From sequence record PP885733.1: a DNA stretch of 64,000 bases. The stretch is one strand, 5' to 3'. Under the pieces are notes generated by a model that saw only the letters and a program-made list of their open reading frames with translations, searched no databases and was not told where the DNA came from. The translations under genes and the position numbers were made by a program. Every line of letters begins with the position of its first letter. The stretch's first letter is position 1. Positions 1 through 8,313 of the stretch are shown piece by piece.

Positions 1-119
1 GTAAGTTAGGTGACATGGGTGATGATCCACGTTACTATAACAAACCTGTTATGAACCGTAGCTCTGTGAACATTGCGGTTGCTATGGCGTTAGTTGGTAA
101 TGCCATGCTGGCGAAATAA
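1..119 (+). CDS. 3' end of a gene running in from outside the window (...KLGDMGDDPRYYNKPVMNRSSVNIAVAMALVGNAMLAK*)
   Basis: Open frame from position 3 to TAA 117-119, followed by a terminator hairpin. Confidence 0.7.
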   Translation, partial: KLGDMGDDPRYYNKPVMNRSSVNIAVAMALVGNAMLAK

Positions 120-130
120 ACAAACATATT

Positions 131-161
131 CCCCTACCCCTCCGTTTGGAGTGGGTAGGGG
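131..161. terminator. Bidirectional terminator hairpin, CCCCTACCC family
   Basis: cccctacccctcc-gttt-ggagtgggtagggg between convergent genes. Confidence 0.8.
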
Positions 162-181
162 TTATGCTTTATCTTTTCTTT

Positions 182-805
182 TTAGACAATAGCTTTCAGA
201 TCTTCAATGAAATACATATCGCCAGTTACAGGATCGATGTTGATAGACTCAACACGGAAAGTCCCGGAGGCTTTGGTGGTTGGATCCATCTGTCCTGCTG
301 CATCGCTTGCTACTTTATCCCAGTAGATATCTTCCATGACATTCATGACTTCATCTGGGTTTGCATTTGCTGCGTTGATAACGACACCGTAGCGTTCAGA
401 GTCATGCAGGTAAACTAACCCACGACCCTGACTACCGTCTTTAACTGCAGCCACTAATGTTGCAACATCAATGTACTCAGTTGGGACGACAGTGAACTCT
501 TCGAAGATATCGGCAATGCTGACTTTATCTACAGAGATATCAGCACGCAGGAAACCGGTTTTGCGGGAAACGAAACAAGCACGGACAATGCCATTACTCA
601 TTCCGACTGGAGGTTCGATGATAACATCCTGCCAGGTCAGACCTTCATACCGACGTTTGGCCAACGCCAGTTCATTTGCAGCTGACTCACCCTGGGCTTC
701 CAGCTGAGCAATGCGCTCGGTCATAAACTTTTTGGCGGACAAGAACACAGGGTCTTTAACCCTTTTGCTGTTTGTACCAGTTACTGTGATCATATTTATA
801 CCCAT
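182..805 (-). CDS. Hypothetical protein (start may be ATG 793)
   Basis: 207-aa ORF with phage-like codon usage, converging on hairpin 131-161. Confidence 0.75.
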   Translation of the reverse strand: MGINMITVTGTNSKRVKDPVFLSAKKFMTERIAQLEAQGESAANELALAKRRYEGLTWQDVIIEPPVGMSNGIVRACFVSRKTGFLRADISVDKVSIADIFEEFTVVPTEYIDVATLVAAVKDGSQGRGLVYLHDSERYGVVINAANANPDEVMNVMEDIYWDKVASDAAGQMDPTTKASGTFRVESINIDPVTGDMYFIEDLKAIV

Positions 806-870
806 GGAGGAACTTGCTAAGGAAACTCAATCTCAAACGATTCTTTAGTTCAAGAAGCTCGAATAATTTA

Positions 871-891
871 TAGGCAGATATTATCCTATTG
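871..891 (+). promoter_or_regulatory. Phage early-promoter-like motif
   Basis: TAGGCAGATATTATCCTATTG; one of 11 copies; core resembles phiKZ early consensus TATATTAC. Confidence 0.75.
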
Positions 892-925
892 ACATACCAT
901 ACACGTATTTTAAAGAGGCACTATA

Positions 926-1363
926 ATGGAACATCCAGTAGACAATCAAAAAGCAATTGACACCGTTGATCAGAACCCAAGCCTTGCAGCTCGTATGATC
1001 TTCCGTGATCGTGCTGGGTTAGAAGCCAGTCCTGGGTATCAGAAATGTTTGGCGAAGTTAAAGCAATACGAAGAAGATATCGTTGCTTTCAAATTCGGTC
1101 TGGAAGTCGATAAATTCAGTACCAGAGGTTTGGGTATCTGGAAATATCCGATGTGGCGTTTCAATAAACTGATCATTGACAGGTTCGTTATTCCTGAACA
1201 TCTGAACTGGATCACTAAACTGAAAGAAGTCATGGTATTACCGGTCGGTTTCCGCGTCGGTTTCCTGATGGATGAATTGGCGGCATACGAGAAGAAGAAC
1301 GAAAAGCTTTTCACAGTGTGTACTAGACAGTACAAAAACCGCCAGGTAGTAATGGGGGCATAA
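926..1363 (+). CDS. Hypothetical protein, paralog family P (copy 1)
   Basis: 145 aa, SD gagg; RGLGIWKYPMWRFNKLI resembles 1751..2116. Confidence 0.8.
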   Translation: MEHPVDNQKAIDTVDQNPSLAARMIFRDRAGLEASPGYQKCLAKLKQYEEDIVAFKFGLEVDKFSTRGLGIWKYPMWRFNKLIIDRFVIPEHLNWITKLKEVMVLPVGFRVGFLMDELAAYEKKNEKLFTVCTRQYKNRQVVMGA

Positions 1364-1365
1364 CC

Positions 1366-1749
1366 ATGAACAAACCAACAATGCCTATAGATATAGATAT
1401 TCGCAGTCAGATGGCACAAACTGCCCGCATTCGTATTTGTCAATCCAGAATAGAAAGACTTGAACATTACGTTCGTCTGGTGAAGCATGGGCTGATGTTA
1501 CGCAAGCGGGAAATACGTTGGTGGAACATTGCTGGCAGGTTGGGGAATATCCTCTATACCCAAAGCTGCAATAAGGTCATGGTTCCAGAAGTAGCAAAAA
1601 TCGTTAAACAATATCGCCTCGCTATGAGCGCGCCTTTCGATCAGCCATTCAAGCAAGCAGAGTTAATGTACGATAACTTCTGCAAAGATCACAAGAGATC
1701 AATGGCTGTCTTTAACCAAAAACAAGATGTGGATACAATGGAGATGTAA
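1366..1749 (+). CDS. Hypothetical protein, possible divergent family P member
   Basis: 127 aa, coupled to both neighbours. Confidence 0.75.
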   Translation: MNKPTMPIDIDIRSQMAQTARIRICQSRIERLEHYVRLVKHGLMLRKREIRWWNIAGRLGNILYTQSCNKVMVPEVAKIVKQYRLAMSAPFDQPFKQAELMYDNFCKDHKRSMAVFNQKQDVDTMEM

Positions 1750-1750
1750 A

Positions 1751-2116
1751 ATGGATTCCAGAGTTGCATTGTGCATGACCGTTCATGAAGATATGTTGAA
1801 GACACTGGTTCGGGCTAAACACGACTTCAAATCAGTTCGTGGGTTTGGTGTGTTTATATTCCCCAACATGTTTAAACTCTGGCGCTTCAACCAAGTTATT
1901 CGTGGATGGAAGAAAGCCTGGACCTTCGACGATAAGTATCTGCAAGAGCTTATCAAGGATGGTAAAGATATTCCAGAGATGGCGGAAGTGATTAACGAGA
2001 TGAATGATTTACTTGTTAACTACAAAAACGATATAGTAGGTGTTCTCTCTTACGCATATGGTAAAGAGACCGCTATCGACTTTTACAATATCTTCTCTTA
2101 TGGGGGACGTGTATGA
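1751..2116 (+). CDS. Hypothetical protein, paralog family P (copy 3)
   Basis: ATG 1751 directly after the upstream stop; RGFGVFIFPNMFKLWRFNQVI. Confidence 0.75.
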   Translation: MDSRVALCMTVHEDMLKTLVRAKHDFKSVRGFGVFIFPNMFKLWRFNQVIRGWKKAWTFDDKYLQELIKDGKDIPEMAEVINEMNDLLVNYKNDIVGVLSYAYGKETAIDFYNIFSYGGRV

Positions 2117-2631
2117 ATCACGTTTTATGGGCTGATCTGCACATCGATCATTTATCGAGTGCAAAGCACCGGGGCTTTGAGACTCTTAAGGATTATCAAG
2201 AGTGTGTGGCCGAAGCCTGGTGTAAGAATGTTACTCCACGTACCGACATCACGATCGTAGGTGATGCAGCGTTGTATAATGATGGACTCCTGTTCATCAA
2301 GAAACTTCCTGCTCGTCGCAAGATCCTGGTATTGGGTAATCACGATAAAGAACGCGGGAATGACATTCGTGACATTCTCGAAGTGTTCGACGATGTTCAT
2401 GGTCTGCAGAAAGTAGACAAGCATCGTATCTGGATCCAGCACTGTCCGATGCACATCTCGCAATTGCGTGGTGGTCGGAACATCCATGGACACAGTCATC
2501 GCGACATCATCAAAGATGAGCGCTACATCAACGTTTGCTGGGATCTTCTTCAGAACGGTCCAGTGGACTTTGAAGCCATCCTCACTGGGGAGTATAAATC
2601 CTATCGTGCGCCGGAAACCAATGTCGCGTAA
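2113..2631 (+). CDS. Calcineurin-like metallophosphoesterase
   Basis: Motifs DLHIDH, VGD, LGNHD, HCPMH, HGHSH. Confidence 0.9.
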   Translation: MNHVLWADLHIDHLSSAKHRGFETLKDYQECVAEAWCKNVTPRTDITIVGDAALYNDGLLFIKKLPARRKILVLGNHDKERGNDIRDILEVFDDVHGLQKVDKHRIWIQHCPMHISQLRGGRNIHGHSHRDIIKDERYINVCWDLLQNGPVDFEAILTGEYKSYRAPETNVA

Positions 2632-2872
2632 GGAAATAGGGGTCATGTTCTGGGATTCACTCATGACCCTGCTAGAGTCAGCCATCGCCAGGATGTTTCT
2701 CTTGGCGGTGTTCTGTACACTGATCAATCTATTCGGACCGGCTATATTAAAGTCGGATAAAGCTGTGAGTGTATTCTGGAAAATTGAGATTTATTTATCG
2801 CTGACCTGGATAGTCTTATTGGTTGGTAAAGTAGCTGTTTGTCATTATTTAGAAAAAGGAAAGAAGCAATGA
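2621..2872 (+). CDS. Small membrane protein (2 hydrophobic segments)
   Basis: MSRKEIGVMFW... from ATG 2621 within the ORF-track frame 2468..2872. Confidence 0.65.
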   Translation: MSRKEIGVMFWDSLMTLLESAIARMFLLAVFCTLINLFGPAILKSDKAVSVFWKIEIYLSLTWIVLLVGKVAVCHYLEKGKKQ

Positions 2873-3156
2873 AAGCGATTCACTATCTGGTTCAAACTGT
2901 ACGTGTGCTGATCTGTCTGTTATTCATTCTGTATGTAACAGTTGATCTGTACTTCGACTATCTGCCGTGGTTGGTCGATACCATCGAAGGTTATCGTCAG
3001 CCGATCTGGATGTTGGTCTTCCTGGAAGCGGGTTTCTCATTCGGTAAAGGTTATCAAAGCTGGCGTTGTCGCAAGCTGTGTCGTCACTTCTGTCCGAAGT
3101 GCGATCCGAAGCGTACCAACTTTGACAAGATCCAATCGGGAGCTCGTAATAAATGA
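2869..3156 (+). CDS. Membrane protein with C-terminal Cys cluster
   Basis: ATGA overlap with upstream stop; 2 hydrophobic segments; CRKLCRHFCPKC. Confidence 0.7.
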   Translation: MKAIHYLVQTVRVLICLLFILYVTVDLYFDYLPWLVDTIEGYRQPIWMLVFLEAGFSFGKGYQSWRCRKLCRHFCPKCDPKRTNFDKIQSGARNK

Positions 3157-4343
3157 ATGTGCAGAATCGTTACGAGAAGTGGTACATTGAACAGATGAAC
3201 CGCATTATCAAAGAAGGGCAGTTCCGTGGTGATCGCACTGGGACAGGCGTATATTCGTTACCGTTCCTGAACTACACTCATGACTTGCGGGAATCTTATC
3301 CGCTGATGTCGAGCCGTGAGTTCATCTTTGATCAACCTATCACCGAAATAATCTGGATGATGTCGGGTAGTTCCAATATCCAATATCTGAAAGACAACGG
3401 CTGTCCGTTCTGGAACTTCTTTGCTACCGATGGTGAAACCAAAGTTCCTCGTCAACTGACTCGCGCGCAGCGTATTCAGATCTATGCCGATATGAAAGGC
3501 GTTCCTTACATGCAAGCATTGGTTGCTTTCAGTCAGGAAACCTTTGAAGCGGCGGACGCAATTCTGGACAAACACAAAGTTCCTAACATGCAGGATGAAA
3601 TTGTTCCTGCTGGTGAGCTTGGTCCGGTGTATGGTGTACAGTGGCGTAACTGGCCGAATGCGGATGGTACAACGTTCGATCAGCTGACTTACGCATTGAA
3701 CACTTTGCGTGAAGATCCGAACAACCGTCGCATCGTGGTGGATTGCTGGAACCCAAGCTTCCTGCCTAATCCGAAGAAGGCGCCTAAGCAGAATGCTGCT
3801 GAAGGTAAGATGGCACTCACTCCGTGTCATTTTGCTTTCGGTTTCTATACTGCTGAGATTCCTTTGTACAAACGTATCGAGGGTATTCTGGGTAAAGTGG
3901 AAACTGATGAACTCAGAGAACTGTATCCGATCCGCATAACTCCGGAACGTGAAGCAAAGTTCGAACAGGTTCTCGCTGAGCACAATGCTCCAAAATACTA
4001 CCTGGACATCAACTTCGTTATGCGCAGTAATGACTGGGTTCTCGGTCAACCTGCCAACATGAACATGTATTCAGCCATGCTGATGATGTTCGCTAACGAG
4101 CTGAACATGGTACCACGTTTCGTCAACTACACTGGTTGGGACTGTCATGTGTACAGTAACCATCTGGATGGCGTTGCTGAAATCAATCGTCGCTGGGAAA
4201 CCGGTGAACATAAACACGCAACTCACAAAGTTGAGCTGGTTAATGCCGGCGCACCAAAAGGGTTGTTCAACTATCATAAGTCTGATTTCCGCATTTCTAA
4301 CTACATGCCGGAAGGAAAGATTAAATTCCCAATTGCGGTTTAA
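3153..4343 (+). CDS. thyA: Thymidylate synthase (ThyA family) with two insertions
   Basis: DRTGTG, ELGPVYGVQWRNW, LTPCH (catalytic Cys), RSND..GQPAN, DCHVYSNH. Confidence 0.95.
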   Translation: MNVQNRYEKWYIEQMNRIIKEGQFRGDRTGTGVYSLPFLNYTHDLRESYPLMSSREFIFDQPITEIIWMMSGSSNIQYLKDNGCPFWNFFATDGETKVPRQLTRAQRIQIYADMKGVPYMQALVAFSQETFEAADAILDKHKVPNMQDEIVPAGELGPVYGVQWRNWPNADGTTFDQLTYALNTLREDPNNRRIVVDCWNPSFLPNPKKAPKQNAAEGKMALTPCHFAFGFYTAEIPLYKRIEGILGKVETDELRELYPIRITPEREAKFEQVLAEHNAPKYYLDINFVMRSNDWVLGQPANMNMYSAMLMMFANELNMVPRFVNYTGWDCHVYSNHLDGVAEINRRWETGEHKHATHKVELVNAGAPKGLFNYHKSDFRISNYMPEGKIKFPIAV

Positions 4344-4358
4344 CCGCAGAGGTTTAAC

Positions 4359-4727
4359 ATGGATAATGCAAAGTTCTTTGAATGCGGCGTAAGTGTACTG
4401 GATATGGTTTACGACGCACTGACCGGTAACAAGGTTCCACAAACTCTGTACCGGACTTCAATCAACGGCGCACCTACTGCCATCCTGGTCAGCGAGTTAT
4501 TGGACTCAACCGTCGCAGTGGGTAAACGCAATAATCTTTCTTTCATGGCGACACTCGTCGAAGGTAAGACTCGCATCTATTATAATCATGAATGTGATCT
4601 CATTACCAAGGACTTTGACAGCAAAACTGTCTCGGCGTTCCTGTCGCATAGCGGTACTGTGAAGATGGTATCGGATACCAGTAAGGATAGCTTTATCGAC
4701 CAACTCGTTGGCACTGTGCTGGCATAA
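4359..4727 (+). CDS. Hypothetical protein
   Basis: 122 aa, SD gaggt. Confidence 0.8.
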   Translation: MDNAKFFECGVSVLDMVYDALTGNKVPQTLYRTSINGAPTAILVSELLDSTVAVGKRNNLSFMATLVEGKTRIYYNHECDLITKDFDSKTVSAFLSHSGTVKMVSDTSKDSFIDQLVGTVLA

Positions 4728-4732
4728 TAAAA

Positions 4733-4762
4733 TAGCTGGGGATCCGAAAGGGTCCCTGGCTA
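4733..4762. other. RNA hairpin with GAAA loop (terminator or processing/stabilising site)
   Basis: tagctggggatcc-gaaa-gggtccctggcta; no U-tract on the + strand; abuts the next SD. Confidence 0.6.
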
Positions 4763-4775
4763 GGAGATAATAACT

Positions 4776-4961
4776 ATGAACATCGCTTTGATTGTACCCT
4801 CTGTAGCTGTATTCCTCGGAATTATCTTTACCCTTCAGGACTGGACTCCTAAACACGGCGTACTCGCTTTAGTGAAACGCTCTGTTAAAACGTCTGCCAT
4901 TATCTTTGTCATCAGTGTTGTGCTGCTGGCAATTCTTCTTAACCAAACCAAAGGGTTCTAA
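4776..4961 (+). CDS. Small 2-TM membrane protein
   Basis: 61 aa, SD ggaga, two hydrophobic helices around a basic loop. Confidence 0.75.
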   Translation: MNIALIVPSVAVFLGIIFTLQDWTPKHGVLALVKRSVKTSAIIFVISVVLLAILLNQTKGF

Positions 4962-4963
4962 CC

Positions 4964-5953
4964 ATGTCTTTAGACAAATTCGAAATCAAACGTATTGCCG
5001 GTATCGCTTATCTGCAAACTCGCATCCGTCAGCTGGACACCATGTACAACTACGTCACTATTGACGGCATGGTTGGCAATGACACCAAAACTGCATGGCG
5101 CGAAATTCTGGAAATTGCTCTGGGACTTAACCGTCCATTTGCAATGCCGGTATTCGATAGCAACTCCATCACGTACATTCAGTCTACTATCCGGGATGCA
5201 TTTAAACTGAAGCCCAACTATGTGAAACCAACTTTCATTGTGGATGGTCAGTGGGGTGATGATACCAAAGCAGCTATCGATGCAGTAATCGATATGTATG
5301 CTGAACGTGTCATCGTTCGTAGTTGCACTCGTGTATCTCAGCCAACTGGTCGTTTATCCGATCGTACATTGTCTGGGATGCGCACTAAGTTGAAACCTTA
5401 TAACGGTCAACGTCCTCGTCCAACTCAGTACGCTGATGATCAGGGAAAACATATCGAGGGATTTCATTGGTTTGAGAATCTCCCTCATGAACAAAATCAG
5501 GACGTCTGGAATCTGTTAGCCAAAGCAATGAACTTTGATAACCCTGTCGTATCTCCGGCTCATATGGCTGCTGCCGGTTATGTAATTGGTATTCACTGGT
5601 TCCAAGGAATGCCTGTTGGGATCATTGTTTGGCGTACTGCACACACTCTGGAACTCAGGGCACGTGGTGAGAATTGTTCTGAGTTTGGGGATTCCAGAGT
5701 AGCATACCTGGCTGGGATTTATGTCAACAGAAGTATCCAAGGTCAAGGTATCGGCACTGGTATGTTGGTCAAATCCCGTAACCATATGGCAGACTTGGGT
5801 TACGCTGAGCTTCGATTCACTAAAGAAGGACGTAACGAAGAGATTGAAAACAGACTCTTCAGAACGTTGACTTGCGGACTCAGATATGTACCGTATGACC
5901 CGATGAATAATCTCGGTAATGAGTCAGAAACCCATTGTCGACATAAACTGTAA
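4964..5953 (+). CDS. Peptidoglycan-binding-repeat + GNAT acetyltransferase fusion
   Basis: N-terminal IDGMVGNDTKTAW and VDGQWGDDTKAAI repeats; C-terminal LAGIYVNRSIQGQGIGTGML (GNAT motif A). Confidence 0.75.
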   Translation: MSLDKFEIKRIAGIAYLQTRIRQLDTMYNYVTIDGMVGNDTKTAWREILEIALGLNRPFAMPVFDSNSITYIQSTIRDAFKLKPNYVKPTFIVDGQWGDDTKAAIDAVIDMYAERVIVRSCTRVSQPTGRLSDRTLSGMRTKLKPYNGQRPRPTQYADDQGKHIEGFHWFENLPHEQNQDVWNLLAKAMNFDNPVVSPAHMAAAGYVIGIHWFQGMPVGIIVWRTAHTLELRARGENCSEFGDSRVAYLAGIYVNRSIQGQGIGTGMLVKSRNHMADLGYAELRFTKEGRNEEIENRLFRTLTCGLRYVPYDPMNNLGNESETHCRHKL

Positions 5954-5959
5954 TACATT

Positions 5960-5989
5960 CCCTCTTACTCCTTAACGGGAGTAAGAGGG
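5960..5989 (+). terminator. Intrinsic terminator
   Basis: ccctcttactcc-ttaacg-ggagtaagaggg, perfect 12-bp stem, then ttt. Confidence 0.8.
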
Positions 5990-6025
5990 TTTATAATTGC
6001 TTCTGTTTTTAGTTGAATCCAATCT

Positions 6026-6046
6026 CAGACCTATATTACCTAAGTG
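6026..6046 (+). promoter_or_regulatory. Phage early-promoter-like motif
   Basis: CAGACCTATATTACCTAAGTG; contains exact TATATTAC. Confidence 0.85.
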
Positions 6047-6102
6047 TAAATACAACAAGTATTAATTCACCTGCATCCTAACCTAGTAAAAGGAAAACTA
6101 TT

Positions 6103-6432
6103 ATGAACAACTTCGCATATGTAGACCACATCGCTGACCGTAACGTTGAAGGCGTAGAATACATGATCAACACTCTGTCTGAAAAAGACGCATCTGTAGC
6201 TAAAGAAGCTGCAGTTAACGGTGTTGTAATCGGTGCTCTGAAAACTATCGCTCGTAACGTATTCGGCAACATTCCTTTCTTCCGTCCAGTTATCACTGAC
6301 AACTCTGTTGAAACTTTCCAGATCTGGTTCAACGAGTTCGCAGAAGCTAACAACCTGACCAAACGTATCCACGTTACTGGTGTATGGTCTGAAGAAACTA
6401 AAGAAGCTTACGACATGATCGTAAACGCTTAA
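6103..6432 (+). CDS. Hypothetical protein, probably highly expressed
   Basis: 109 aa, SD aagga, extreme optimal-codon bias (aac, ttc, cgt, gct, act). Confidence 0.9.
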   Translation: MNNFAYVDHIADRNVEGVEYMINTLSEKDASVAKEAAVNGVVIGALKTIARNVFGNIPFFRPVITDNSVETFQIWFNEFAEANNLTKRIHVTGVWSEETKEAYDMIVNA

Positions 6433-6466
6433 TAACTAAATCCATAACTCACTCAAGGAAATTCAA

Positions 6467-6634
6467 ATGACACGTTTAACTGCTATCATCATCGCTATCT
6501 GCTTCTTTGGTTTCCTGGGTCTGTGTGTGGCATTCGGTTCCACCTTCATGGCTAAGCTGCTGATCTGTACAGTAATCGGTACAGCAGTAGCAGCCGGGAT
6601 CGCGGTAACAGCTCGTAATGCAATCAAACGTTAA
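6467..6634 (+). CDS. Small 2-TM membrane protein (55 aa; not in ORF track)
   Basis: SD aaggaa; MTRLTAIIIAICFFGFLGLCVAFGSTFMAKLLICTVIGTAVAAGIAVTARNAIKR*. Confidence 0.75.
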   Translation: MTRLTAIIIAICFFGFLGLCVAFGSTFMAKLLICTVIGTAVAAGIAVTARNAIKR

Positions 6635-6640
6635 TCCATA

Positions 6641-6675
6641 GGTCGTCCTTCTAGTTTAATACTGGGAGGACGATC
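6641..6675 (+). terminator. Terminator-like hairpin
   Basis: ggtcgtccttctag...ctgggaggacgatc with G-U pairs. Confidence 0.55.
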
Positions 6676-6710
6676 AACTGTTTAGCTTATTAATTTTTGT
6701 TTGGAGATGT

Positions 6711-7355
6711 ATGAAAAAGAAACGTATCCTGTTAGCTCTCGATGCTGACGGCACAATGACACTGACTGCTAAGTACCTTCGTCTGTGGGCTATCGAAGAG
6801 TTCAAACGTTTAGATATGCATGATGCGTTAGAGTACGCGTTAGCTCATCCTGAACAATCCACTTTACTGTGGCCGAAGTACATGCGTGATATCACTGACC
6901 AATGCGTACTGCAAGGTGACTTCATGATCCACGTAGAGCCGTCTGAACTGGTCACCAAAGGACTGTTCGATCAACTGGATAAACTACAGCGTCGTCGTAC
7001 TCACGTCGCGTTAGATGTCGTTGTGTGTACTCACCGTGGGTTCCATGAGAAAGGTGAAAGCAACACAGAGTCCTGGTTGAAAGATCATGACAAGTGGGGT
7101 GTGGTAGAAAAGGTACACGCTATCGATCCTGCTGAACATCCTAACAAGTTGTTGTTCCTGGAACAACATTATCCGGATCACGACATCCACTTGCTGGATG
7201 ATAACCCGCTGTTCCGTTCTAACGAAGTTCATCCTCGTGATGATCGTCTCTGTATCTATAGCGAAGAAGGTAATCTTCCTTGCTATGATAACCAGATCCA
7301 ATTCCCTGGGCTGCACGCCTACATCAATTTCCTCGAACTGAAAATGGTAGCATAA
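6711..7355 (+). CDS. HAD-superfamily hydrolase, likely 5'(3')-deoxyribonucleotidase-like
   Basis: Motif I LDADGT, motif II THRG, Lys (PNKL), motif IV LDDNP. Confidence 0.75.
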   Translation: MKKKRILLALDADGTMTLTAKYLRLWAIEEFKRLDMHDALEYALAHPEQSTLLWPKYMRDITDQCVLQGDFMIHVEPSELVTKGLFDQLDKLQRRRTHVALDVVVCTHRGFHEKGESNTESWLKDHDKWGVVEKVHAIDPAEHPNKLLFLEQHYPDHDIHLLDDNPLFRSNEVHPRDDRLCIYSEEGNLPCYDNQIQFPGLHAYINFLELKMVA

Positions 7356-8053
7356 TGAACATCGATAAAACTATGAAGTACATTACCCCGATCTCCTACT
7401 CCATGATCGTAGCTCGTGACAAACGTGCTGGTATCGGTCTGGGTAATGGTTTACCGTGGCCGAAGTGTAAGGTTGACTTTGACTGGTTCAAACGTCACAC
7501 CATGGGCAAACTGATGGTTATGGGTTTCAAGACCTGGGAAACTATGGGTTCTCGTCCTCTGCCTGGTCGCATCAGCTGTGTACTCACCACTAAACAGGAA
7601 TACCTGCAAGGTAAAGAGTACAACAAAGTTGACACTGGACCTTTCTCCGGTTTCGTAATCTTCTTCCAGAGCATCAGCGCGTTCAAGCGTTGGCTGACTG
7701 TTAACGTCGGTACTGAGTTTGAAGTACCGGCTCCGAAGAAACAGGGTGAAACCGAATTCAAATCCATGACTGTGACCGTAATGGGCGAGATCATGGTAAT
7801 CGGTGGCGCTACCGTATATCAGGAATTCCAGAACGATATTAACAGTATCTACCTGACTACCTTCGAAGGCCACTGGGAAGCGGACACATTCCTGGATATC
7901 GACCTGTACGGTTGGGAGATGCGTTATCACGACAGCACTTCCAAGCTGAATCCGGTATTCCAGATCTACACACGTCAACCAATCATGGTTGCTAATCACG
8001 GCTGGATGCCAGGACATAACACTAAAGGTGATGACAATGTTCAAGATTCCTGA
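7355..8053 (+). CDS. folA: Dihydrofolate reductase
   Basis: IGLGNGLPW, DFDWFK, VMGFKTWETMGSRPLPGR, VIGGATVY. Confidence 0.95.
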   Translation: MNIDKTMKYITPISYSMIVARDKRAGIGLGNGLPWPKCKVDFDWFKRHTMGKLMVMGFKTWETMGSRPLPGRISCVLTTKQEYLQGKEYNKVDTGPFSGFVIFFQSISAFKRWLTVNVGTEFEVPAPKKQGETEFKSMTVTVMGEIMVIGGATVYQEFQNDINSIYLTTFEGHWEADTFLDIDLYGWEMRYHDSTSKLNPVFQIYTRQPIMVANHGWMPGHNTKGDDNVQDS

Positions 8054-8297
8054 TGAGTTGGTAACACAGGTCAAGGCTGGCGAGCGTTTCTGGGTAAGCA
8101 GTGCTGGTCCGGAGATTGCTAAATTATGTGGTGACAAGATCTGTATCGATGTTCCTTCCAACAAAGTAAAGTTGGGTGAATGTTTCTATGCGACAGCCAC
8201 CAATAAGCTGGTTCGCCGTTTAGGTCTGACGGACAACATTGTCCCTATGCCCAACAAGCTGACTCAAATTAACTATAACGGTAAACGGGTAGCATAA
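8037..8297 (+). CDS. Hypothetical protein
   Basis: SD aaggtg then ATG 8037; overlaps the folA stop. Confidence 0.65.
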   Translation: MFKIPDELVTQVKAGERFWVSSAGPEIAKLCGDKICIDVPSNKVKLGECFYATATNKLVRRLGLTDNIVPMPNKLTQINYNGKRVA

Positions 8298-8313
8298 CCC
8301 GACTGGAGGTAAT

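Noticed and set aside
146-418. 90-aa + strand ORF
   Set aside because: It starts inside a terminator hairpin and overlaps the better ORF 182..805 antisense
3258-4049. Long antisense ORFs (also 7451..8164, 12315..12881, 23172..24077, 41414..41998, 50394..50996)
   Set aside because: They lie opposite well-supported genes, lack RBSs and motifs, and are the expected shadow of strong codon bias
3153-4343. ThyA as a dCMP/dUMP hydroxymethylase (modified-base system)
   Set aside because: The Asn equivalent to E. coli N177 and all dUMP/folate motifs are canonical, a DHFR is present, and no glycosyltransferase or other base-modification genes were seen
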